From Eledone cirrhosa (lineage: Eukaryota), in contig OZ024745.1 of NCBI GenBank assembly GCA_964016885.1, positions 71,858,001 through 71,922,000 of the forward strand: DNA of 64,000 nucleotides, read 5' to 3'. Shown here one piece after another: positions 30,128 to 43,590 of the stretch. The notes under the pieces are model-generated. The model saw only the letters and a program-made list of their open reading frames with translations. It searched no databases and was not told the origin of the DNA. Numbering within the stretch: position 1 is the stretch's first letter; each line of letters begins with the position of its first letter. A program made the translations under genes and the position numbers.

Positions 30128-30136
30128 GTATATATG

Positions 30137-30267
<131 letters not shown>

Positions 30268-30270
30268 GTA

Positions 30271-30613
<343 letters not shown>

Positions 30614-30630
30614 ATATATATTTATATTTA

Positions 30631-30663
<33 letters not shown>

Positions 30664-30668
30664 ATATA

Positions 30669-30837
<169 letters not shown>

Positions 30838-31418
30838 ATATATATAACTCCTCAAGCAATAAAATATTTCTAAGCATGCATAATATTGTGTATTTAATTA
30901 AAAAAAATATTTTGTTGTTTGTTCTCTTTTGACATTTGTCAATTGAGATGTAGTTTTAGCACGAACATACTAATATACACACACATATACATGTATAAAA
31001 CACAAAGCACGAAAATGAGCGTAGACGTTGACTGGGGTGATGATAGTAACACTAACTCTTCCTCTTAACCCATTTTACTTAGAAACATTGTCTGATGTAA
31101 ATCTTCAAAACAGATGCTATATTAAAAAAAGAAAAAAAAAAAAAAATCTACCAGACCTCGACATATGAACATAATTTTTTTCATCATTACTTTTCTAAAC
31201 TTGCATTGAACCATCCATGTCCTAGCGTTTCTGTTGGTGCTATTTTCTATTCATTGCTATTGAAATGTTAAAAAACATTTTTACAATAAATTCTAGTTAT
31301 ATTCGCATATATAAAAAAACATACGTGTACAGCGGAACTGGATTTTGGAAAATATATTTTAACCATTCAATCCTTTAATTCACAAGCTATATTCCCAATA
31401 AGCTGTTTCAAAGAATTA

Positions 31419-31457
31419 ACTACTACTACTACTACTACCACCACCACCACCACCACC

Positions 31458-31491
<34 letters not shown>

Positions 31492-31508
31492 TTACTACTA
31501 CTATTACC

Positions 31509-31549
<41 letters not shown>

Positions 31550-31587
31550 CACTACCACCACCACCACCACCACCACTACTACTACTA
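31419..31587. repeat. (ACT)n/(ACC)n microsatellite
   Basis: Direct reading. Confidence 0.95.
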
Positions 31588-31708
31588 AATGCATTGAAAG
31601 GGATCTAAATTTTTACAAAGAAGTCAGTGATGATACTACTAACACGGCAAAACGATACGCGTTTATAAAATGTTATGGCATTGTTAAATACGCCGGGTCC
31701 GTCAACTT

Positions 31709-31746
<38 letters not shown>

Positions 31747-31821
31747 GTAAACAATTTCTTTGGCTGCTGGCTGTCGAGTGTTTTGGTGAGGTTTATAATG
31801 ACGTTTTGAATCTTAAATAAC

Positions 31822-31867
31822 TGATTTTGATATGTCCGAAAAAACGGGACGAAACGTTCGTAAATCA
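31822..31867 (+). ncRNA. Hammerhead-like motif with variant core (UUGAUAU)
   Basis: TGATT-TTGATAT-GTCC...GGAC-GAAACG tt CGTA/AATCA. All three stems are formable. Confidence 0.5.
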
Positions 31868-32424
31868 ACATTTGATTTAAAAACGTATTTGGTATCTATT
31901 TTAATGAATAATTTGCTTCATGTGTAACTTTTAACACAATAGGATTTTGTATACATGCTTGTTTGGAAAAGTCTTTCAAAGAAGAATGTAACATAGACTT
32001 TTGAGTTGTTTTTAACTTCTCCACCTGTTTCTAATTATTTATATTGTTTTTGTAAAAAACGATATCTATTTCACACACACAGACGCACACACAGACGCAC
32101 ACACACATATATATGTATATTATATATAAGTATATCTATGTATTATATATAATAAATTCAAATCATATATTGTTTTCTTAAACCATTTAATACGTTACAA
32201 CTGTTTCAAAATAGTAACCAAATAATAGCAATGCCAGGACGATATACTAAAACAAAAGAGACAAAAGGATGTTTTTTGTCAGATACAACGATGTTTTTCA
32301 GTGACATTTGTAAAACTTTCTTTTTCAACATATTGACAATAACAATATCATAAAGCTCAACAGTCTTCTATATTTCTAGGTATAATGACATAAACACATT
32401 GAGCTTAAATATATTATTAACTAC

Positions 32425-32555
32425 CTTCCTTTATGATCTGAGTTCAAATCCCGACGAGGTTAACTTTGCCTTTCTTCCTTACGAGGTCGATAAAATAAAG
32501 TACCAGTAATGCACTGGGATAATTGCTGGCCTGGTGCCAAAAGTAGAAACAATTA
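32425..32555 (+). mobile_element. Nin-domain SINE, 5'-truncated
   Basis: B box through gtagaaacaatt. Confidence 0.8.
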
Positions 32556-32590
32556 TTAACTGTGTTTGTCCCCCGACATAACTCGGTAAT

Positions 32591-32680
<90 letters not shown>

Positions 32681-34041
32681 AATGAGAGAGAGAAAGACAC
32701 AAATATATACATACACAAATATATATATATATATATATATAATATATATGTGTGTGTGTGTATACTAAACACGCAGACAAACACACGCAGCCGTATACAT
32801 AGATATATGAACAAATATACATATGTTGTTTGCCAAACAGTTATTAAGACTATTCGAAATGGAAGATAAACACGAAAATATATGTAGTAATTGAATTGAC
32901 GGAAGATTACATTTATACAAATATTACTTGACCTTTTATTTAAGAAGCAATGAGCCGATGTGTGGGTGTAGTTTTATGGTTTGACTTGAGAATGGGTGAG
33001 TTGTTAGAGAGGTCTTACTGATAATATGAGATCATGGAGGTTTTCTTTTGTAGAGAGGAAGAAGATATGTTAAAAATTGAATTAGCTAAGAAAGAGACGG
33101 TAGTTGTATTTAAGTTATGTTTGTGAAAACTTTTGCTGTTTCATGTAAAGATAGATTTAACCTTGGTAAAAATCTGCCCTAATTGGCTAGATTTCTATCT
33201 CTCTCCCTTTTTTTACTAATATTCTTCAAAGATGAAATTGAATATTTATTACCAATTTTTTTTTTGTCTTTAAGTAAAGTACTTACATTAAGCCAAAAAT
33301 TAATTTCCTACTAGACAAGTGTTTTGGAAATATTACAGCCTGAAAATGCGATAGTATTTCATTCATGATTTTTCAGGAATACTAATAGTGATATGAAATG
33401 AAGTAGAAAGTCTGCAACTGGAGGTTGAGACCTAGTCACGCACTAATAGTATTTGCATGAAAATCAACACACTATGAATTGAAACAATGACTGGAAAATA
33501 ATATTTAAAGCAAGGATCTTATTTAACTAAATCACTATATTGAATTGTATAGCTATTTATTATCTTAGCTGTTAATTAAAAGATTCATTGAAGGTTAGTA
33601 CAGAATGCTAAATTGAAACCCAGGCGAGGTCAATTGTGTCTTTCATTCCTTCGGCGGGATGGGGATGAGGGGGGGGGGGGGGGTTTCAAGAAAATGAAGT
33701 ACCAACACAGGGAAGAGAATTGTTGGAATTCGTGGAGCATCGGACGAGATGCCTTACAGTTTTTGTTCCAGTTCAATTCATTGTGAATTCAACCCTCGTT
33801 GTGGTTTATGTGACGGATGAAATTTATCCACTGTCCAGTTTAACACCATCATCGACATCACCTAGCCCTTGAGTATCTTGAGTGGAATTCACTCTGTTGC
33901 AAGCATTGGGATCAGGCCTTGGAGGCCCCCCCCCAAAGAGTCACGGAAACCGTTCCTCCTTCGTCGACAAAACAGTAATAAACAAGGAAAGAAAGAAAGA
34001 AGCAGCATGAAAATATCCTTTGATGCACTGATTCTTGCAGT

Positions 34042-34245
34042 TTTCTGATTTAGGCATAAGGCCTACAATTTTAGGGGAGGGTCAAAGTCAATTACATCGA
34101 CCCAGTGCATTACTGGTACTTTATTTTATAGTCCTCGTAAGGATGAAAGTCAAAGCTAGCCTCGGCAGGATTTGAACTTAGAATGTTATGGGACGTAATC
34201 ATATGTCGCAAAGCATGGTCTACCGATGCCGCTTACCCACTGCCC
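34042..34245 (-). mobile_element. Nin-domain SINE, longer subfamily
   Basis: ttaggcataaggcc..actggtactttatttta..ggatttgaact. Confidence 0.8.
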
Positions 34246-34634
34246 TCTTTCCAAAATGATGGATGATATTCTTACTTCTTTGTTATAAAAATCATTAGTT
34301 CGTAATAAATAAAAGCAATTAGAAACTAACATTTTCTTTGTAATTTTCATTCTTTTATATCAGTGAAATTAGTTCTGCTTTTAACATTGAAGTAGATAAC
34401 ATCAACAAGCAACAAAAAGGAATTGCCATGGCTTAATAGTTTAAGAAATGATTCTCAACAACATTAAAACTATCTACGTCATAGTAATTCATCTCATGAT
34501 AATAATGTAGAGGCATTTTGTCTATTTAAAACACATGTATAATTCTTTCTTTTCACATTAATTTTATAACCGTACACATTATCATGTACATTTATGACCT
34601 AGTCACTGATACTCTATTTCAGTAAGTGTCTTCA

Positions 34635-34787
34635 TTGAAACTACCATAATGTCAACAAAAGGTCTCAGATAAAAGTTTCCTCTTAAGCACGCAAACGAAA
34701 GTCATCTTAATTGAAACTATCGCAATGTCAACACAAGGTACCCGATAAAAATTCCCTCTTAAGCAGGCAAACGAAAGACATCTTAAT
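34635..34787. repeat. Tandem duplication of a ~75-bp unit
   Basis: attgaaacta..aatgtcaaca..gataaaa..cctcttaagca.gcaaacgaaag.catcttaa occurs twice. Confidence 0.85.
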
Positions 34788-36319
34788 AATTTATTCTATC
34801 TTTAAAAGCACTATTAAATTGTTTTGTTTCTCTTCTTACATTAAAAAAAAATTCTTTCTGTTATAGCCATTCTAATATTATACTATTTTAGGATTTTACT
34901 CACGAATTATTCTCTAGAATTATTGAGCAAAAATACAAACAAACAAACACCAAACTTGTTTCATACTTAGAAGTTTTAAGAGGGAAATAATTATTATTCT
35001 TTGTACACAATTCACATAGATTTTAGATGTACTGTTTAAGTCTAGCGAGACAATTGACGTAGCAATTGATTTTTTTGTTGCTAAACTATTTAGTGTGAGG
35101 GATGGGCTCCGACAGATTTTAACCTCTACAACTAAGGTATTGAAAACCTATGGACGGATACCTGACAACATTCAGATAATGCGTACATGCTATAAGGTTG
35201 TTGAACCTTCGAAATGGTTTACGCAATTTCATCTTCCATGTATCTAATAAGTTTTGTAAATATCATATCAAATTATGTTTTTTTCTTATTTTAGAACCAA
35301 AACATTTTGAGGCTGCTTTATGAACAGTCATTGTGTTTCGGTAAATAATTAGGCATGTTTGTTTTATTTAACTGAAACTCAAGGAACAACATACCCATCT
35401 GAAATTACATATTTCTGTTCGCTCTGAGACATTGATATTCACTTTGATAAGTTATAATTTGACTAAAATTCTTAAACTAAATTTTTGGTTTTGAAGGCAT
35501 AGATGTATTTAGTGTCATGTTCAGTAAAACGTTGGAAAATGATCTTTTATGTCATCATTAAGTAAATTATACACTAATAAACTGCCATTTGCTATTGCTA
35601 AAGTAGTTCCACATTCGGCAACACTGCTCTAATATTATGCTAGCTTCAGTTGCTTCACTTTTAAACATTTATCCAGATTTCGTTTATAACAATGAGGTCA
35701 GTGTTCACACCTTTTATCTGGTACTAGGTTTTGTCTGTTCAAGGTAGTTGACTCACAAAAATAAGCCCAGTCAAACTAGCTGTAGATTGGTAACAAATGT
35801 TTTTCAACTCTGGCGCTTCTGTATTTTATCTATGCACAGTGCACCAGCGCACCATTTGTGATTAGACTTAATTCGTAATCCGGTCAAACATCATAACTTC
35901 GCTCTTGGGGGATTTTAGGGGAGCCAAATCTGTTGCAAGCATTCGGACCACTTCTCTGATTTGAGGATAAATCTCTTCCTTTTACGATGCTCAGAGGCCC
36001 TGAAAACGAATATATGCACTATCCTTTCATCACTGATTAATCAAAAAGAACGGAAAAACGACAAAAACTACGGATATAGATTATAACATTAGTGGAAACA
36101 CGAAAGCAACACATATTCTATGTGGTTGCACTGATTTAATAACATTTCAAGGCATTTTAATACATAACTAATATATAAAGATTTTAGTTTGGCGAGGAAT
36201 AATTTACAATAATTTAATTCAACATGTTTTAAATAGCGTCATAATGTTCATTGTATATTCATTGCTGATATATCTTTATATATCTTTTCAAATAATTTAT
36301 AATCACAAATTATTTATTC

Positions 36320-36530
36320 AGGGCGGTGGATTGGCAGTATCGGTAGAGTGTCGGATAAAATGCTTTGCAGAATAGAATTACTGCCCTTTACGTTCTGAGG
36401 TCAAACCCCGTCGAGGTTAGCTTTGCCTTTCATCCTTAAGGATAAAATAAAGTACCAGTAACGCACTCGGATTGATTTGATTGACTTTCCACTCTCCCTA
36501 AATTATTAGCCTTGTGTCTAAATCAGAAAC
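36320..36530 (+). mobile_element. Nin-domain SINE, longer subfamily
   Basis: gggcggtggattggcagtatcggtagag head; flanked by ttatttatt. Confidence 0.85.
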
Positions 36531-38641
36531 CCTTATTTATTAAGAGAATTTCAGTATCTTTAAATATTGTCCAGCATAATTTATTGTTTCGTAATATATA
36601 TAATGAGGTTTCTAAAAATGTATTCTTACTAATATTTTGAATGTAAATAACGATCAGGTGTGGTATATCTAAGAAGCTGGAGGCACCATCTCACATCATA
36701 TACATTCACAGATTTATTTAACCAAATTGAATAATGGAATTTGGGAAAATAAACAAACTAATTTATCTTCCCAATTCCAGCAAAAGCAACGAACAATAAA
36801 CGGAATTGTTACACAAATAAATACCCTCAGAAATTGAAAAATGATAGATGGAAAGTAAAAGAAGAAAAGGAAGAAGAAGAAGTAGTAGTAGTAACAAATA
36901 ATAACAACAACACGAAAGCCTTAATACTAGTAACAGAAAGGAAACAAGAAATTAAAAAAGAAAGTTTCTATGCTAAACAATTGGATGGCCATATCGGCGG
37001 CAGACACTCAGATTTTTTAAGAAAGGATGCTAAACCCGAGGGAGTATCTGCATTACTCATAAGACTAAGCTGTGATAACAAACTGCTAACAGTAAAATAA
37101 CTGTGATGGAATCAAGAAAGCATTAGATCAGTGGGAAGATTCTCACTTAATAGTTGTTTGTTTAGATTTTGTTAGTAGTTCCTTTGTGCAAGATGACACG
37201 ATTTCATCCATATGGTTCTACGCAATCAAAACAGGAAACACTCAAACCACCTTGGTTATTCCATGTTCATTTCAAATATATATTTGAGAATGCTGTTTTA
37301 AGTGTGTAAGAAAATGCTTCATTTTGTTCTTTGCACCGTTCCTTTTTATTTGTTGATGTTTGTTTACCCTTTGGTTTATCGATGATGGTGAATTGGTAGA
37401 AGTGTTAGTGGGACGGTTGAAGTTCCCTGCCTTATACATACCACCTCCTTGTGTTTTGAGTTCGAATCTTTCATCATTCACGAGAAAGATTAATAAAGTA
37501 CCAGTCATGAGCGGTGGACTAATGGATTTGTTAGGATGTCAGCATTGCAATATTTATTTTGTCTCTTTGCATCCTTAATTCATAACCTGCCGCGGCGGAT
37601 ATTTAATTCGTTGGGATATTTAATTCATTGGGTAATTTAATTCTTTGTCAGCTGGCTCTTGTGTAGTTTACTATGTTGCAAACATACATCCCAGTTTTGA
37701 GGTTTGAGAATAAGTTCCTCCCTCCCTGAAGTCTTGGAGGCTCCGAAAATAGTAATGGACTCAGCACATCCTACGGACTAATTGATAAAAAAAGGTATTG
37801 ATCCACATTAACCCTCATATATTTTCTTTGGGTGATTCCGTTTTTATTACACCCCAGAAATAGATATACACAGATACACACAAGCACTTACAATATATGT
37901 ATTAATTGTAATTCGCTGAGGCTACTTTGCTTTCCATCCTTTCGAGGCCGTAAGGAAAGAACCAGTCGAGTGCTGGTGCAGCTCTCTCTCCTTCCCGCTG
38001 TCATGTCGTGGATGTTCTATTGGATCAAATGAGTGAGGGTTGAGTGAGTGTTTGTGTCTGCTTACGAATACATAGGCATTTTAAATCCTTAGCGAAAATG
38101 TGGCGCGTACTACCAAGTTATACAGCTGTAGTTTCTTTAGTTAATTATAAATGCATACACACAAACAATTTGAAGAATCAAAGATTCAATTCCCTCTCCC
38201 ATCATCAACACTAGCCTGTCGACAAATAAATGGCGGTACCCAAGCATGGTCTCAGCCTGTCAGCTGGAACACGTAATGAAGTAAATATACATAAACATTA
38301 ATGCGCTGATCTACCAAATTACAATGGGTACTATGAGCCAATTGTAAAGATTATATAGGTTATCTTATACTTTTATTCTTTTATTGGTTTCAACCATTAG
38401 ATTGTGGCCATGCAGGGGCCTCACCACCAAGGGTCTTGTCGATGATACAAACCTCAGTACTTATTTCATCGATTTCTGCTAATCAAACCGATAAGTTGCG
38501 GGTCATAAACAAATTTGAAACGTAAACACAGATAAGACTAGACACGCACACGCACACGCACACGCACGCACACGCACGCACACACACACGCACACGCACA
38601 CACACACACACCCAAACACACACACACGTGTACAAATATAA

Positions 38642-38673
<32 letters not shown>

Positions 38674-39280
38674 GACGAAGTTCCGCACAGTTGTACTCAT
38701 ATGGCATTGCTAAATAGGAGGCTATAGTAGAAAACATTTGCCCAAGGTGCCACGCAGTTGGATCGAAGTCAACACCCCCGTCTTAGTGAAGTGAACTTCT
38801 TTTCTACATAGCCACGTCTGCGTCTGATATTATATAAATACTTTCTATAAAATATTATTCCGTTTGTTTGTGCTACTTTTTAAGTTATTAATGTCTTGGG
38901 AGTCTTGTTAGATAGTATATTATTCTCACATTACGGAGCAGAATATTGTTATAGGAATTACAGCTGTTAGAGTTATGTCTACACATATGTTTGTTATAGG
39001 ATATACATAGAAAAGAGAAGCTCTCCTTTCCAACATGGCTGACATGTATGCTAGACCGAAGGTGGGGGTGATCATCAGACCCCTTTCGTCTATGTACAAG
39101 GTATGTGTAAATATGACGTCCTATATAGAGATATTACGTGGTTTGGATGTGCAATCGCCGTTTATTTGACATAAACTAACATATATAGGCTTCTACATAC
39201 ATCCAACATAAACACTCGCGCCTTTATACACGTATACATATAGAAATACATGCATAAGTATACACACATTTCTTTGTGAA

Positions 39281-39485
39281 GCGAGAGACTCCTAGCCTTC
39301 ATTAAGACATCTCTCGAGGAGAAGGCCACTCTGATGTAAAACCTGCGACTTCGTTTGCATCCAATGATCTAAACCAGTTCACCTTTTTGGGTAAATGCAT
39401 TCGATGTTCAGAGAGTGGGGTTAGCCCCGTGCAAAGCCTTATTCACTTAAGAAAGCTTCAAGCACAGGAATCGCTTGATATGTGA
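39281..39485 (+). mobile_element. Old diverged copy of the RTE-derived element (5' half)
   Basis: gactcctagcctt..ggagaaggccactctgatgtaaaacctgc..agagagtggg..aagcttca..cacagg. Confidence 0.6.
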
Positions 39486-40496
39486 CATTTTTTTGTGATG
39501 TATGTTATTGCTCAGAAATCCCGCCGAGGTTAGCTTTGCCATTCATCCTTACGAGGTTGATAAAATAAAGTACCAGCACCGTGCTAATTATTCAATGAGT
39601 TGACGACATGTCCCACTATCTTCTACTAATCTTCACATTAATAACAATACCAAAATTCTTTTAATTAACAAACCTCAGAATATAAAAAATGATTAACTTA
39701 GAAAATATGGAGACGTTGAGACTCCTGAATCCCATGACCATGGAAATTGGTTTAACTGGCCCCATACATGGTTGTGTCCCATAAGAGGTTTCTCGGAAGC
39801 TTTAACGAAAGAGGTCATGTCCTATCACGAAAAGCAAATGAAATATTGCATATTGCTCCAGAACACAATGCGATACCCTGTCCTTTAAAGTAACATGGGA
39901 TGTGATGATCGTAAGTACAATACCATAACCACTACGCCACACGCATTCACAAGGTAGATAACTATATAGAAAGCAAGTTCATGGGATTCTGGATTCTAAG
40001 CGTTTTAAAATACTGAAGTACATATGATTACTTTCTCTAATATTGCGTGTGCTGGATTGGCAGAGTCATTAGAGCGTCAGATGAAATACATTTAAATATG
40101 CGGATATGTGTGCCGGGGATTTCAACTTTCAAAGATCAAATCACATTGCCACAAACTTTGATTTTCATCCTTCTGTGACCAGTAAAATAAAATCCCAGTG
40201 ATTTAATCAACTAGCTACTCACCAAAATGTCTTACTATTTTGATTTCACATTTGGTTTCTTTGTATTGAGACGGAATAATTTACAGAAAGGGAAGTACTC
40301 CCTAATTAAATTTATATTTACAATTACCACTTCGATATCTACTGCTGACTTTTTTTAACATTCTCTTTCAGTTATCACTTCGATATTTGTTAAGGATATT
40401 TATTTACATTTTAAAACTATAAATATATTCTACTAAAAAAAAAACAAAACATTTTTTACTGACATAACATAATACTCACATACACATAAATATAGA

Positions 40497-40792
40497 ATAT
40501 AAAGAGTGGTGTGCTCATGTGAAGAGATGCTATGAAATGGCTTATAAAATAGGGTGAAGACACTTAGAGACGGAAATGACACTTAGAGACTGAAAAACAA
40601 ATTCCCATCGGCCGCTGAAAGGAATCGAACTTCGCATCCCCCAGATACCGGCTAGACGCTTGAACCATTAAGCCGATATCTGGGAGATACGAGGTTCGAT
40701 TCCTGGCCGATGAGAGCTTTTTTCCCCGTCTTTAAGGGTTTTCACCCTAGTTTATTAGCCATTTTATAGCATCTACGCACACAAACACCACT

Positions 40793-40800
<8 letters not shown>
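40497..40800. mobile_element. Foldback of a tRNA-headed element ending in (TA)n
   Basis: Arms ~40497-40653 and ~40671-40800. A-box-like GGCTTAATGG on the minus strand and B box GTTCGATTCC in both arms. Confidence 0.7.
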
Positions 40801-40848
<48 letters not shown>

Positions 40849-41218
40849 ACATGTAAAGACGAAAATATAAAGATTTCAAATAACGTTGTAGTGATGATGA
40901 TGTACACCCAGAAGAAATATAATATGACAAAAAATGAATGGGGAGAGGAATTTATTAAGTTAACTTGCACAACATCTTGATACATAAATTGTTTGTAACA
41001 GATATGCTAGGAGCATAAATTCCAAATTTATATGCTAATTAAAGAATATTTATTAGCGCTGCTTCCGCAAAATTTATTACCCGTAGGAGAAAAGAAGAAA
41101 GAAAAACACGAAGGGAACAGAGGAGAATGCGAATAATGTTTTATGAAATAACTAGCCAGACAACTTGGTAACAAGGAAAGGGCCATTGAAAATGTATATG
41201 AGAATATATAGCTGTATG

Positions 41219-41249
<31 letters not shown>

Positions 41250-41299
41250 CGATAAAAACGTATGTATGTATGTATGTATATATATATATATATATATAT

Positions 41300-41870
41300 G
41301 TAACCCAGTACAACCAGTCGCATGGCGACTAAACCGGCAACCCCACCAAGTTTACTTGGTGAGGAGGGTGATTTTGGACACCCTGCAGGGCAAAAACAAA
41401 ACCTGACAAAGGGCGGAAGAATTCATAAGAGTCAACGGGCATCAAAAAGTATTGTAAATATGTATATACACACGTACGTATGTATATGTATATGTGTATA
41501 TACATGGGTGCATGTGTATGTATATGCGCGGGGACATAGAAATAGTCGGGCTGGACACCCGATCGCGCGGTTAAACCACTGGGAGTGAAGGACCCCTAAC
41601 CTTTGTCAGGGCATTCTTCTAGGAGAAGGCAACTCGGGAAACTGGGATAACTCCGATATAAAACCTGCGGCTCAGTAGTTACCGATGATGTTGATCTTTT
41701 CTTCTTTTCGGGTTATAGCTACTGTTGCTCAGAGAGTGGGATTGGCTCAGTGCACAGTCTTTCCTCACTTTAAAAAATATCTTCACGCACAGGCATTGCA
41801 CGATATAATTAATTAATAATTATTAATAATGGTATATCGTGCAATGGCGATACTCGATAACGAGGGGGCA

Positions 41871-41876
<6 letters not shown>
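41300..41876 (+). mobile_element. Related RTE-derived element with longer 5' region, interrupted by a microsatellite
   Basis: ctaggagaaggcaactc, agagagtggga and gcacaggcattg blocks; 3' end tactcgataacgagggggcagccatc followed by (AT)n. Confidence 0.7.
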
Positions 41877-41930
<54 letters not shown>

Positions 41931-42177
41931 CGATACAAACGTGAGTATGTATGTAAGCACGCATGTATACATACAGCCACATAAATATATATATATATAT
42001 ATGTTTATATATGTTTCTATATCCACATTTTTTATGCTTAAACATAAATCTTACCGGCCAAAATCGCGCTATATGCAAATCACCATTTCTAGTCAACTTT
42101 TTATATTTTCTACATGCAAATGTGCATCACCAGAGTGATTATCGGGGATAAGTTTATATAGAATATAATCTATTTCA

Positions 42178-42264
42178 TGCCAGTACGCTTTGAGTGAGGG
42201 TCGCTGATAAGAGATTAACAAATCTTGAAACAAAGCTGTCTGACACTCTCAAAGCATACTGGCA
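42178..42264 (+). ncRNA. Type I hammerhead with ~24-bp extended stem I and a G8A core change
   Basis: tgccagtacgctttgagtgagggtcg-CTGATAA-GAGATT aaca AATCTT-GAAACA aagc TGTC/tgacactctcaaagcatactggca. Confidence 0.7.
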
Positions 42265-42564
42265 ACTCTATGATACATTCACAGGAAAATAGAGAAAAAA
42301 TATTTTTCTTCAGCAGCGAGGCTGCCCATATGTTTATTGTATATAAACGTATTATATATGTTTCTATATGTTTTCAGATACAACTCGCCCTCTCTCTTTC
42401 ACTCTCTCTCTCTTAAAGGTAAAGATAGACGGCACGACATGCCTCGACTATTGGCGTCGACTAGAAAAGCTCAACACTATTTTCTCCAAAAGGGGTCGAT
42501 AAAATAAAGTAGCAGTAATGTACTGGCTAATTTTTGGCCTTCTCCCAAAAGTAGAAACAACTAT

Positions 42565-42993
42565 TTTCTCCAAAGCCGCCATTATCTGCATGATGTGGAA
42601 AATATTCCATCACCATTGCCCAAATGATGTTGACATCATCTTTAAAGTACACCTAAGGCTTTGGCCGCGCGCTATCCGTCCACAATAAAAATCACACTCG
42701 CATCTCATAACAACATTATCTTAAAATTATTTCACCTCAACTGGCCTGGTTCTCTTTAACATTACACCCAAACATATTAAAACAGAAACAGACCCCATAA
42801 AGTTCAAAACGTCTTTGGACAAATTCCACCAAGAAATCCCGGATAAACCTCCTACACCCGGATATGTCTCCGTAAACAATAACACTCTACTTGAGTGGGC
42901 CATGGTGCCCAAATCATGATTCGCCAGGTGGTGCTATTAAGTTAGACATGGCCTGGGCAAATACTCGCCCAAACCTATGAAAGTTATCAAAGT
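42565..42993 (+). mobile_element. CR1-like LINE 3' fragment
   Basis: GLVLFNITPKHIK...FKTSLDKFHQEIPDKPPTPGY C-terminal motif; ends in (TA)n. Confidence 0.7.
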
Positions 42994-43025
<32 letters not shown>

Positions 43026-43284
43026 CATACGTATTTTGTTATATATATATACATACAGCGTATTTTGTTATTTTTATGCTTGTTTTGTTTCTGAGGAAGT
43101 ATTGCCATATTTTCTTTTTCTTTTTCTTTACACATATTATACACAAATGTATTCTTTTGAGTAATTGTGTAATGATCCGTGGTAAAGTCGAAGAATTTTA
43201 AAGCATTAAATGAATTAAGGACCTTATACGATCTACTTCTTTGTATACACACATATATATATATATACACATACATACATAAGC

Positions 43285-43330
<46 letters not shown>

Positions 43331-43547
43331 ACACATATATATATATACATATATATGTGTGTGAGTGTGTTTTTGTGTGCGTGCCGAACAATCATTTGTG
43401 GAACTAAGTAGAGTAAATGTTTTACTGCATGGTAGATTAAAAATATATTACTTTAACATATTTTTCTATTATTGCCTTCTCATAAAGACACTCATATACT
43501 CATTAACAAACACACATACACACATACACAATGATAGAAAGACAGAT

Positions 43548-43590
<43 letters not shown>

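Noticed and set aside
40621-40705. Genuine tRNA gene
   Set aside because: No complete acceptor stem, and it sits in an inverted repeat with a long 3' body, so it was treated as a tRNA-derived head.
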